Positions 16,787 through 26,204 of a DNA stretch of 32,000 nt are shown here, piece after piece (positions within the stretch are counted from its first letter, which is position 1; each line of letters opens with the position of its first letter). Below the pieces are notes generated by a model. It searched no databases. It saw nothing but the letters and a program-made list of their open reading frames with translations, and was not told the origin of the DNA. The position numbers and the translations under genes were made by a program. Origin of the DNA: Candidatus Saccharimonadota bacterium. GTDB taxonomy: Bacteria > Patescibacteriota > Saccharimonadia > Saccharimonadales > UBA4665. The stretch covers positions 900,001 to 932,000 of the forward strand of contig CP064992.1 in NCBI GenBank assembly GCA_016699935.1, given 5' to 3'.

Positions 16787-17587
16787 TACGTTGTGTTAAA
16801 GCATTTTATAAGGTTTGCAAGGTTTTTTGGAACGTCGCTACATGTCAATTGGTTGATTGAATGGATGGGAAGGATTTTGGCGCTGGTGCTGGTAAGGAAG
16901 GCGGCTTCGTAGTCTTCGAGTGAGTTGAGCGGAATGGGCTGATGGACGATGTCGAAGCCTTGTTCACTGGCCAGTTTGAGAACATGGTCGCGGGTGACGC
17001 CAAGCAGGATGTCTGCTTCAGGCGGTGAGTAGATAGTATTGCCCTTTAGCATAAAGAAATTGCTGCGAGTTCCCTCGGTGATTTCGCCGCGGCGGTCGAT
17101 GAGCAGTGCGTCGTGCGCGCCTTTAGATTGAGCTGCCCGATAAGCTACATAGCTCGGGAGCATATTGAGAGTCTTCGCGTGTGGGTAGGTTCGTTCATAC
17201 TCGTAGGTGGTGCAGTGGCAACCGGTTTTGTACAGTTTCCTCGACGAAGTAAGGTGCGAGGCACAGGACGTATAGCTCGGCATCGGCCGCGGTTTTGCCG
17301 CCGATGAGCAGAATCTTGATATTGCATGTTTCCACTTCATTTGCCGCGATTATATCTGTTATGTAGTGCTCAATTTCACCTGGTTTGTAGGGGTGCTCGA
17401 GGCAGATAGCCTGCGCCGAAAGCTCAAGTCGGCGGCAATGCTCGCTTACAAAGTGTGCTTTGCTATGCGAAACGCGGATGGTTTCGTACACGCCATAACC
17501 GTATGAATATTCGATACTGGCGAGTGGTACAACTGCTTGCTCAGCTGGTAAAATATGGCCATTCTTTGAAAAATATGCGTAACTCAT
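16783..17587 (-). CDS. Class IV (branched-chain / D-amino-acid) aminotransferase-fold protein, frame-disrupted
   Basis: The ATG at 17585-17587 gives MSYAYFSKNGHILPAEQAVVPL…YGYGVYETIRV. After a shift around 17200-17340 the protein continues as …LNMLPSYVAYRAAQSKGAHDALLIDRRGEITEGTRSNFF…LLGVTR. Its end overlaps the purA stop. Confidence 0.65.
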
Positions 17588-17637
17588 GTACCTATAGCGT
17601 AGCTCAGAAAGGTACAATCACCAAAACTACTCTACCC

Positions 17638-17807
17638 CACGAGTTTCGCACCAGCCAGCCTGCCGTCCAGCGAAACTGGCCGCACCGCTGTCTTCTCCAA
17701 ACTCCTGCACATTTTTCCTCTAGTACTCTCTTCACCGTACTAAAGTACTGCTCGTTCCGTGCTTCGAGGAGACAATGCTTTATGAGCGTGTGAATGCGAA
17801 ACTCGTG
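17638..17807. ncRNA. Family B structured element, compact copy (candidate ~170-nt ncRNA; strand unresolved)
   Basis: A 13-bp closing stem pairs CACGAGTTTCGCA (17638-17650) with TGCGAAACTCGTG (17795-17807). Inner helices pair 17710-17713 with 17774-17777, 17717-17720 with 17766-17769, and 17721-17726 with 17737-17742. It shares three near-identical blocks with 21407-21649. Confidence 0.55.
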
Positions 17808-17842
17808 TACTCTAATATGATTGTGAGTATCGTGTCGTTGCG

Positions 17843-18136
17843 TTACGGTTCTCGCTGATGGTTTACGACAGAAGTCAAAAACAGGTGAACTACATTACCA
17901 GCAAATCCCGAAGACGGGGCATGAAGGCATTTGAGCCCAGGAGACGAGTTTACCTCCAGAATTTGGGCGGTCTCAAATGAGTCGACCAGGTAGTCAACAG
18001 CGGCAAATTCGAGCTTTAGTATATGGGCAATATCGGTTGATCTGGTCACCAACGTATAATCCCACGCTGGTTCTGGAACCGAAACGTGTCGCAAAGACCT
18101 GTCATATTCGACAGAATTACCATACTGGCTGCAACT
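17843..18136 (-). pseudogene. C-terminal remnant of an ATP-grasp (RimK/Ddl-like) enzyme
   Basis: The open frame encodes …LKLEFAAVDYLVDSFETAQILEVNSSPGL…, the Mg/ATP-binding end of ATP-grasp folds. There is no room for the N-terminal ~200 aa before the next gene. Confidence 0.4.
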
Positions 18137-18191
18137 CTATTTCAAGTGCAGATCGGTACTGAACTCTTGTTTTTGTGAATAGCTGGAGCTA

Positions 18192-18491
18192 TTAACGGCG
18201 CTGGAAGCCACCACGAAAGCTATTGCCATTGTCTGGGCGGCTTTCGCGTGGTTTTGCTACGTTAACAACGATCATGCGTCCTTCAAAATCTTTGCCATCA
18301 AGGGCGGCGATGGCTGCTTGGGCGGCTGCATCGTCTTCCATTTCGACAAAAGCAAAGCCTTTTGAGCGGCCACTGTCTCGGTCCATGATAACTTGTGCGC
18401 TGACGACGGTGCCGTACTGAGCAAAGAGAGTTGTCAAAGAAGCGTCGGTCGAATCATACGATAGTTTGCCGACAAATAATTTTACTGCCAT
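18192..18491 (-). CDS. RRM-domain RNA-binding protein with a Gly/Arg-rich tail
   Basis: Intact 99-aa ORF. RNP-2 is LFVGKL and RNP-1 is KGFAFVEM. The C-terminal tail is RGGFQRR. Confidence 0.9.
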   Translation of the reverse strand: MAVKLFVGKLSYDSTDASLTTLFAQYGTVVSAQVIMDRDSGRSKGFAFVEMEDDAAAQAAIAALDGKDFEGRMIVVNVAKPRESRPDNGNSFRGGFQRR

Positions 18492-18684
18492 TGGTATTGA
18501 GCCTTTCTATGAGCTGATATTATGCGAGACATTGTCTACTCTTGTAGCCGAGTATAGAATGGCTGTTGCTGTAAGCTCACTGTACGCTGGGATAAAGTCT
18601 AGAATAACTTGCGAATCATATTGTACCACAGATAGTAGAAATTACCTATAAAAAGCTGGCAGTGCCTGTTTTAAGGTGAGAGTT

Positions 18685-18858
18685 TTAGCGGCGGCGAGTC
18701 ATTAGGCGGAGGTTTGAGAGGTAGTGCTGCGGGTCGGTGGTTGGGTGTGTCCGCAGGTATTCGAGATGTTTCTCGACAAACGGTATGACGTGGTTGGGGT
18801 AAAGCTCGCTGTTTGGACTATACCCCGCCTCGGTTATATAGGTTGTGTCTGATGCCAT
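18685..18858 (-). CDS. Small hypothetical protein (57 aa)
   Basis: The ATG at 18856-18858 lies downstream of the helicase stop. The sequence is MASDTTYITEAGYSPNSELYPNHVIPFVEKHLEYLRTHPTTDPQHYLSNLRLMTRRR. No family assigned. Confidence 0.4.
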   Translation of the reverse strand: MASDTTYITEAGYSPNSELYPNHVIPFVEKHLEYLRTHPTTDPQHYLSNLRLMTRRR

Positions 18859-18934
18859 GCTTTTTAGCGCTTGAACGAATGCAAGGCCTTCTGGGCTGGC
18901 AAAAAGGCGATGTTTTTGGCTGCTGCACTCATGG

Positions 18935-20166
18935 TTATGATTCCACAAAAGTTAATGCGTATCCGATACGCCCTGCTCGACCTGAGCGCCCGATACGGTG
19001 AATATAGTCATCGTAGGTCTGTGGTTGGGTGTAATTGATGACATGGGAGATATCGGTAACGTCGAGGCCACGTGCCGCAACATCGGTGGCAACGAGGATG
19101 TTCACGTCGCCTCTTTTGAAACTGGCAAGTGCGTGCGCTCGTTTTGCTTGGCTTTTGCCCCCGTGTATGCTGGCAACCTTGAAACCGCGCAGTCCGAGTT
19201 CCTTTTCGAGCCGTTCTACTCCGCGTTGAGTTGCTTCAAAGATGATGGCTTTTTCGGTGTCCGGATGAATAAGCAGGTCGTGGAGTTTGCCTTCTTTGTC
19301 GGCTTTACCGCTGAAGCGTATAACGTCCTGGTGGACATTTTCACTCGTATCGTTTGTCTTGACGGTAACAAGTTCTGCGTGAGGCGAAAATGTACGGATC
19401 AGTGCATCGACGCGGGCATCCATGGTTGCCGAAAAGTAAAAGGACTGGCGTATCGGGGCTACGTGCTCCAGCAGCAGTCGGACGTCGGCCACGAAACCCA
19501 TATCGAGCATGCGGTCAACTTCGTCGAACACGACAAGGTTAAACTGCGAAAGCTGCAATGTGCCACGGTCGAGGTGGTCTTTTATGCGACCGGGTGTGCC
19601 GATAACGAGCCGTGGTCGTGCGCGTAGTTCACGAAGCTGTGGACCATATGCCATTCCCTGAGTATAAGTGCGCTCGCAATGTTGCTGCCTTGAGCCATAC
19701 TTCGACACTCAGAAGCTATTTGTTGTGCAAGTTCACGCGTGGGAGCGACTATCAGGGCGCGGCTAGTGTTGTCGTTGAGAATCCGGTGCAAAATTGGTAG
19801 CGCAAAGGCAGCGGTTTTACCCGTACCGGTTCCGGCTATGCCGATAACGTCTTTACCGAGTAGTCCAAGCGCAATTGTTTGATCCTGTATGGGCGTGGGC
19901 GTTACGTAGCCCTTACGGTCGATGTTTTGCTGCAACCTTTTATCGAGGGTAAAGTCAGAAAAACTATGCTTTGTTTGGTATGATTCGCTGTCGGTTGGCG
20001 TGGCAACGCGAACAAACCTCTCGGGGTTTATGTATTGGCCACGACCACGCGGTTTGCGCTGCGGTCTTGGTTTGCTATAGGAGAACGGCTGCCTTTGTAG
20101 GCAAAGCCGCGTCGGGTTGATGTGGGCATAAAAATAAGTCCTTCGTGTGTAGCTTGGTTTATACAA
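18935..20166 (-). CDS. DEAD-box ATP-dependent RNA helicase, frame-disrupted
   Basis: Motifs: Q-motif region FSDFTLDKRLQQNI…PTPIQ, motif I AGTGTGKT, PTRELA, then after a shift near 19590-19700 TPGR, DEVD (a DEAD variant), SAT, and HRIGRSGRAG. The N-terminus is Arg/Lys-rich. The start is uncertain: TTG 20166, or ATG 20129 with a further shift. Confidence 0.85.
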
Positions 20167-20380
20167 ACAGATTGCTATGAATCCTGAGAGTAATAACTAC
20201 GTAACCACTTCCGGACTCTTGATAGTGTGCTGTCGTTCATACTGAACACAGCAGATAACAATTCCCTAACATCTTAGCATAAATAGAATCAAACTGCAAA
20301 TCAGTTCTAGAAATTGTTTTCTCATAGCGCATATGCTATTATGAAAATAGAACAGATTTTGTGTGAAAAGAAAAACTATA

Positions 20381-20512
20381 ATGAATAATGATTGTCTTCT
20401 TGCAAACACAGGCTCACCCCAACAATTGTATATGGTGGTAGCTTCTTGTCTGGTGCTACTTGCGCTTGTGACTGTTTTCTGGCGACGGAAAAAGTGTATC
20501 AACTCGGACTGA
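20381..20512 (+). other. 43-codon ORF consisting only of a sortase-type sorting signal (orphan, or fused to the next gene by a frame error)
   Basis: MNNDCL-LANTG-SPQQLYMVVASCLVLLALVTVF-WRRKK gives an LPXTG-like motif, a hydrophobic helix and a basic tail. No upstream body exists in any frame. The A5 tract at 20489-20493 separates it from the adhesin-like frame. Confidence 0.3.
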
Positions 20513-21311
20513 CGGCATTCTTACTAGCTTTTACATGGTTACTCAGCCCTCTTGTGTTGGCACCAGTCTATGCAGAGGGTACTTCCGCGGTCTGCTCGCC
20601 ACCTCGCTCAACGCCAGATGCAACCAGTGGCGTACTAGGTGCTTCGCAAACTATCAATGTCCTAGCTAACGACTCGCCTACGGTCGGCCATAGCTTTGTA
20701 GCTTCAAGTTTACGGCTTCGCCTTGTCGGTAACCCGCGCGCTGGTTCTGTGCTTGGAGCGAACAGCATGACTGTAACCGTTCCGGGTGAAGGGACGTATA
20801 CGGCGCTCAATACTGGGTTTATTGTGTTCACGCCCGAACCTGTTTTTGTTGGTACGACACTAGGCGTCGCTTATACGATAACAGACACGGTTGGTGCCAC
20901 GACAAGCAACACTTATACTCCTACCGTGTCTGGTGCGCCCGTCGCAACTTGTAGCGACCCAGCTAGTGAAACACGCGTACTCGCTCCTCTTCTTATTAGT
21001 TATATTAATGGGGTCGATGAATACATCTACGACGACTGGCTCGCTATGAGCGGAAATAGTCCGCTACTTGACCCGCTACTACTCGACCTTAACCCAGCCG
21101 AATCGGGCACGCAAACGACGCTATCATATCCGCTTGAGGGTTGGACAGCGAATTATAACCCCTCAACCGACAAGCTAACTCTTTCCGTGACAGACTGGAT
21201 CGTTTTCTACACCACAGTCGACAGGGTGTTTTGTTCACGTATAGCCTTACTCCCGCTCCAGGATGCACCCAGCCGGCTGCCGCCGATGCCACCATTATTC
21301 TAGTCGGATAA
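20494..21311 (+). CDS. Secreted adhesin-like protein with an Ig/cadherin-like repeat, frame-disrupted near the C-terminus
   Basis: A signal-like segment LGLTAFLLAFTWLLSPLVLAPVYA is followed by EG. Block: INVLANDSP…VTVPGEGTYTALNTGFIVFTPEPVFVG…AYTITDTVG. A shifted tail, …FTYSLTPAPGCTQPAAADATIILVG, ends at 21311. The start is uncertain (GTG 20494 or TTG 20392). Confidence 0.55.
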
Positions 21312-21406
21312 TTCTTCTATGCTGCAAATGTTTTTAAATGAGTTATATTCGTTGTCAGTAATTGGCATCTGACCAAATAGCTGCCCAAAATCCCTCCATT
21401 GTCTTT

Positions 21407-21649
21407 AACACGCCTTTCGCACCAGCCAGCTTGCTTCCGGCACAGCCGGAACTCTGCTGGCTTCTCCAAACTCCTGCACATGTTTCCTCTTTAGTACATC
21501 GGCTTTGCCTCTTTTCTCGCTGCTCAGAAAGAAAATGTAAAACCTTTTCTTTCCTGTGCGGCTGCGACACCAGTCGCTGTACCTTAGTACAGCTCATTCT
21601 GTGCTTCGAGGAGAACATGCACATGAGCTCAAAGTGCTAATTGCGTGTT
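21407..21649. ncRNA. Family B structured element, expanded copy (candidate ncRNA; strand unresolved)
   Basis: Closing helix: AACACGC (21407-21413) and GCAC (21418-21421) pair with GTGC (21634-21637) and GCGTGTT (21643-21649). It carries the conserved blocks TTTCGCACCAGCCAGC, CTTCTCCAAACTCCTGCACAT and AGTACNGCTCRTTCYGTGCTTCGAGGAGA. A ~100-nt apical insertion includes the hairpin GAAAGAAAA/TTTTCTTTC. Confidence 0.55.
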
Positions 21650-21894
21650 TAATAGTATGGTCTTGTGCAATTATTCTTGGTAAGAAAAGAGAATACTGAC
21701 GAAACCGTCACATAATGCAACGAGTGTAGCTATTCCGATATCGAGTAGTAATCGATTAGTTAGAATACAGCGAAACTGAAAAATCCTTGAAAAGCTCATT
21801 GTATATCGCTTTGACCTACCTGTAGGCCCGTGCAAATCTATTTCTAGCTCCGGACGAAGCTAGAATGAAAAACTAAATAATCTGTTACTAAATA

Positions 21895-22369
21895 CTACTC
21901 AGCGTTACTTTCAAAGTTTTGTACTTTCCAGTTGTCATCTTGTTTGACCAGGTTGACAGTGAGTGTGTATGTTTTGGCATCACTACCTTTTATTTCGTAC
22001 ACAACCTTACCTGTCGTGGCCTTGCCAGTTTCTGAGGTGACGCTTTTGTCTTTCATTTTTTCCTCTGTATTCAAAATCGGTGCTATACGCTGCACCATTG
22101 CATCGAACTCTTCACTCGTGACTGTTTCTTTGGCCTCTTTGCTAAAAAGCCCATATGCTTGGCCAGAATCTTTGGCTTGCATGGCATTGATGAACTTATT
22201 GCTGGCAGTCACGGCTCCTTGAGTGGCTTGGTTGGCAAAAATCATTAGTAGGACGAAAACACCAGCCACAGCTAAAGCTGCAATCAGCAATTTCTTTTTA
22301 AAGGCATCTTTGTTTTAGTGGCTACTGTTGCCACTGACTGTGTTTCTGCTGCTGTTTGGATTTGGTCAT
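21895..22369 (-). CDS. Membrane-anchored small protein (N-terminal TM helix plus an exported alpha/beta domain), frame-disrupted
   Basis: The ATG at 22367-22369 has the SD AAGGAGG and gives MDDQIQTAAETQ…KMPLK. After a shift in the T5/A5 tract at 22295-22299 it joins ORF 21895-22290 (LLIAALAVAGVFVLLMIF…). No family assigned. Confidence 0.55.
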
Positions 22370-22511
22370 CCATAGTACTTGCCTCCTTAGTGTTACATCT
22401 TTGTATTACGCCTTTTGAAGGTAAAAGTAAAGATGAAATTTAAAGCGAGTTAGTACTCTTCTTGCTTCTCGAAGGTAAATGAATCGAAAATTATGGCTTA
22501 AGCGAAAAGAC

Positions 22512-24584
22512 TTAGGGTGTAACGTAGTTGTTATCGAAAGTTCGACTGTAGATGGTGCTGCTTGGTGCGCAGGTATAGGTTTCGCTGCTGATGCTTGGGC
22601 CACATATAATACTGTAGTTTAGTGAACGAGTTGTGGCATTGTAATCTAGCGTGCTGAAACCAAGATGCTTGGCGCGGAAAACTGAACCAGCCACGGGTGT
22701 TTGGAAATTTATCAGCCCCTGCCCACCACCACCATTGACAACATGTGAGACGCCATGAAAGCTATCGATTGTTTCCATATTGTGACGATGCTGGGCAATA
22801 TTGAGAACGTATTTACCACCGGTGACTGAACCAGATCCGTACAGGTCACCGAGTGTAGAAAACGCTGTGTTATAACCAGCTGGTGCTGTCCAACCAGTGC
22901 TGCTGAGGACGGGGTGATGACCATAAGTGACGATGTAATCGATAGCATCGTCAGTCTGCGCTTGGGCCATCAGTGAGCCGGCTTTAATTTGCCAGTCTGC
23001 AATTGCACCGTCCCAGGTCGACGGATAGCTAATGAATAATACTTTTCCAGCTTTGAACCAGCCCCAATCTTTGCCCTGACAAGTGTTGACTGTGCTGCCT
23101 AATTCACTACCACAACCAGGGTTTGAAGTATTGGTTGCTGTGTCGCTCGGCACTGTTTGAGCGTTTGGAATGAACGAGCGACCTTTATAGTTTGCCAGGG
23201 TATCGCGTGGTGTACCGGTTGGCGCATTCGCAGTCGGCTTGCCGTACTCGTGGTTACCCCAAACCGGCATAAAAGCGGCTTTATTTGAGAAAGGCTCGAT
23301 GTCTTTGTAATACTGGTGGACTGCTGGTACGCCACACTCATTGGCAATCGCAATGTCTCCGCCGTGAATCATGAAATTGGCGTTTTGATCCAATACAAGT
23401 TGGTTTAGTTGCGCCTGGTAGCTGCGGCATGTTGAGGCGATGGTATCGCCTACGCTAACAACTTTGAAGCTATCAGTGTCGGAAGGAACAGTCGAAAAAG
23501 TATGGTCGACTCCATCGACACCGATTTTGTAGTGATAGGTAGTCCCTGTTGATAGGCCAGACAGCACAGCTTCGCGGAATGGTCCAGCTATGTCAACAGG
23601 TGTGATCGCAGAATTGACAGCTGTAACCGCGCTACCATAGTTTGTATCTAGCCCATAATAAATTGTTTCATCACCGCCGCGCCAGCTAAAGACAACACTA
23701 TCAGCAGTGTTTCCAAAAGCGTATTTAATTTCATCGGCAGTTGGTGCGGGTGGAGGCGTTGAGTCGACGGCTACTTCCTGATCCAGGCAGTTAGTCACTG
23801 CTAGGGCATCTACAGATTTGCAGTAGCTTAATTTTACGAGTTTGCCGATGAATTGGTCGGTGTTTTTAGTTTGTGTTGGTAATGGGTATTTGTTGCCAGC
23901 CGTAAGATAATTTGTTGAGCGAATCAGCCCGGTATCAGGGATGTTAAAAGTATTTGTTGTCGTTTGATTGCCGTTGATAGTATCTACTAAAACTGTTTGC
24001 ATAGTGAACGGCGCGCTAGCACCCACATCTGCACCTTTTACGCACGTCAAGCGGTATGTGCTGCCATCGACGAGAGCCTGAGAGCCGCGAACAGCCAATG
24101 TACCAGTGGGTGTTAGGGCACCAGCTATACGACATTCGGGATATGTTTTGCTCGAAACGCATTTACTGAGCTGAAGTTTTACCTGTGAAGTGCCTGCTGC
24201 GAAAATACCTATTTGACTGATATTCTCAGAATCGGGCTGGCAAGTGTCGCGGTAGACGAAAAGTGCGGAAGCGCCAACAGCCTGGTTGGATGAAACGTTG
24301 ATGGTGTCGCCAGAAGCTGGTTTGGCATAAGAGCTAGACTGAGTATTTGTGGTATTGCCAGTAAAATTGGTACCGCTATTATCAGAAGTCCAACTACCTA
24401 CAAACGATAAATTGACACTGGAATTCGCAGTAGCGAGATTCTGAGTAGTACCAGTTACGGAACGAAAGTCATAGGTATAAAGACTATCGGGGCTGGCTGC
24501 CTGAGCACTAGATATGATGGCTGGTAATATGCCGACTACAAGAGCTGTTACTAGGAACAAAAAACTTCTTACTCTATGATGCAT
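22512..24584 (-). CDS. Secreted purple-acid-phosphatase-like metallophosphoesterase with a ~300-aa N-terminal beta-rich domain
   Basis: The ATG at 24582-24584 has the SD AAGGGAG and opens a signal peptide MHHRVRSFLFLVTALVVGILPAIISSAQA. Metallophosphatase motifs: VVSVGD, HGGDIA, VWGNHEY, TYGHHPV and AQHRH. These are preceded by a PAP-type N-domain (TTYHYKIG). Intact over 690 aa. Confidence 0.75.
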   Translation of the reverse strand: MHHRVRSFLFLVTALVVGILPAIISSAQAASPDSLYTYDFRSVTGTTQNLATANSSVNLSFVGSWTSDNSGTNFTGNTTNTQSSSYAKPASGDTINVSSNQAVGASALFVYRDTCQPDSENISQIGIFAAGTSQVKLQLSKCVSSKTYPECRIAGALTPTGTLAVRGSQALVDGSTYRLTCVKGADVGASAPFTMQTVLVDTINGNQTTTNTFNIPDTGLIRSTNYLTAGNKYPLPTQTKNTDQFIGKLVKLSYCKSVDALAVTNCLDQEVAVDSTPPPAPTADEIKYAFGNTADSVVFSWRGGDETIYYGLDTNYGSAVTAVNSAITPVDIAGPFREAVLSGLSTGTTYHYKIGVDGVDHTFSTVPSDTDSFKVVSVGDTIASTCRSYQAQLNQLVLDQNANFMIHGGDIAIANECGVPAVHQYYKDIEPFSNKAAFMPVWGNHEYGKPTANAPTGTPRDTLANYKGRSFIPNAQTVPSDTATNTSNPGCGSELGSTVNTCQGKDWGWFKAGKVLFISYPSTWDGAIADWQIKAGSLMAQAQTDDAIDYIVTYGHHPVLSSTGWTAPAGYNTAFSTLGDLYGSGSVTGGKYVLNIAQHRHNMETIDSFHGVSHVVNGGGGQGLINFQTPVAGSVFRAKHLGFSTLDYNATTRSLNYSIICGPSISSETYTCAPSSTIYSRTFDNNYVTP

Positions 24585-24657
24585 TTTGACTCCCTTTTTA
24601 TCCAACTTTAAAAATTGCATATAAAATAACCATAGCACAAAAAATAAAAAAAACAAG

Positions 24658-24686
24658 TTGCAAAAAACATCAAAAAGTGCTATCAT
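24658..24686 (+). promoter_or_regulatory. Promoter for the 24719 gene in an AT-rich divergent intergenic region
   Basis: TTGCAA (24658-24663), a 17-nt spacer, then TATCAT (24681-24686). A ~30-nt leader with the SD GAGGAA precedes the ATG at 24719. Confidence 0.4.
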
Positions 24687-24718
24687 AGCATTAAGTAATA
24701 AATGTTGAGGAATTTTTT

Positions 24719-26033
24719 ATGAAAAGTTTTAGTACAAATTCACTTCGTTTAAGTACCATCTTAGCTTTATTTTATTTACTACTTCCTGGAATAGCATTTG
24801 CCGGGACAACTGCGCAACCTATTGAGGGTGTAAGGGTAAACGGCCCTCTTTGCTACAGTAATAGTACGGTGTCAGTAAGAGCTTTTACTGTTGATAGTAA
24901 AAAAAATTCGTGCTGTTAGCGTTAATGGCACAAGCAATACATTTGCTCAGCCAAGGCTAATAAATGCAAATACCGCTGAACTTTTTAGTGGTCAAAGTCG
25001 ACCCGATGGAAAGGTTTTTGTTTCAGTAACCCTTGAAGACGGTGCGATAAGTACAGCAGAGCGAAATTGCAACACTAACAAAGCAGTTGTTAATGATCAA
25101 CTGTCATGTTCGAAGTCGATAAAGGCCAGTGTTTTTACTGGTCAACAAGCAGCTCCATACAATTTAAGTGCAACAGTTAATGGCTTGCCCGCCCAGAGTA
25201 TGTATTATAATCCGTCAACCGGTATGCAGATGAGTGGCTTAAGCCATCAAATAACGTCTCAAAACGCTGGTTTAGCTGAACTTTCAGTTTCCGGTGATAT
25301 TTACACGGATCGTTGGGTGCGATACTTTGTCGATGGCCGTCAAGTTGCCCAAATGAAATGCAGTAAAACTGTACCTCCGGCATCATATACGATTGCCATT
25401 GAAAATGGTTTTCAAACTGTTAAAAAAGGTGAAATGTCAGAAATAATTACTGCTTCATCATCAAACGGGCCGCTAGTTAATTGGACTGTAACTTCTAAAA
25501 GTCAAAATCATGAAATAGATATTCTGGACACCAGCTCACTTAGTGGCGTTTCTTCTGTAACATTTCGTGTGCGTATAAATGATAGTGCTAAGCGTAACAG
25601 TGCTTACTCGTTTGCTGTACAGGCAAGCCCAGTCGATGGAAGCTCACAACCAGCTTTTGCAAGTGGTTCAGTTTTTGTTCCACTCGATCTACACATTCGT
25701 GAATCAGTAGAGCAAGCAGCAATTTTTGGTAAAGACTCAACCTTGATAGTAACTACTCAACTAGTAAACTTGAATAATGAAGTATCAAACGAAGCCGCAA
25801 GTTGGACTGCTCGGTTTGTCGATGTACCAACTGTGGGCAATATATCTGTAGCGTTTACGAGTTCAAATGAAAATGTCTCCGCTGCTATTCTCCAGGTCAT
25901 GTGTGATGAATTTGTACCCGTCGGAAGCTACAATATTGAAGTTGTAGCGACACTACATGATGGTACGGTGTTGAGCCGTATGGTAGAAATACAAGTAATT
26001 CTTGACCCTACAATCCCCCCGGTAGAAGAATAG
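24719..26033 (+). CDS. Secreted hypothetical protein, frame-disrupted in an A8 tract
   Basis: The signal peptide is MKSFSTNSLRLSTILALFYLLLPGIAFA. ORFs 24719-24919 and 24891-26033 join across the A8 tract at 24899-24906. The protein is Ser/Thr/Asn-rich and beta-like. No family assigned. Confidence 0.6.
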
Positions 26034-26204
26034 AACTAACTAACGAATTCGTAGGTTTGCTTGCTAAGCATTACAGTATCGGCGCGTTGCAGTTTTGGCC
26101 ACCGCGTATTTGATGAATCGGTTGGAAAGCGTTGCAAGAAATCATAAACGGTGGTGTATGCTAGATGCCTAAGGACAACAATATATCAAAATATTTTAAA
26201 AAAA

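Noticed and set aside
17598-17616. GCGTAGCTCAGAAAGGTA looks like a tRNA acceptor and D-arm start.
   Set aside because: No anticodon arm, no T-arm (GTTCRANYC) and no matching 3' acceptor strand follow. The match is a chance one next to the aminotransferase start.
18998-19627. Long antisense ORFs inside well-supported genes. One is the 209-aa ORF opposite the helicase. Others lie at 10810-11160, 11326-11715, 15065-15355, 27629-27970 and 29993-30391.
   Set aside because: They lie opposite genes with strong family motifs, have no recognisable motifs of their own, and are the expected shadow ORFs in GC-balanced coding DNA.
20266-20502. 78-aa minus-strand ORF in the AT-rich region upstream of the adhesin-like gene.
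   Set aside because: It has low-complexity hydrophobic or odd composition and no SD. It overlaps the plus-strand sorting-signal ORF and the promoter region, so it is probably spurious.
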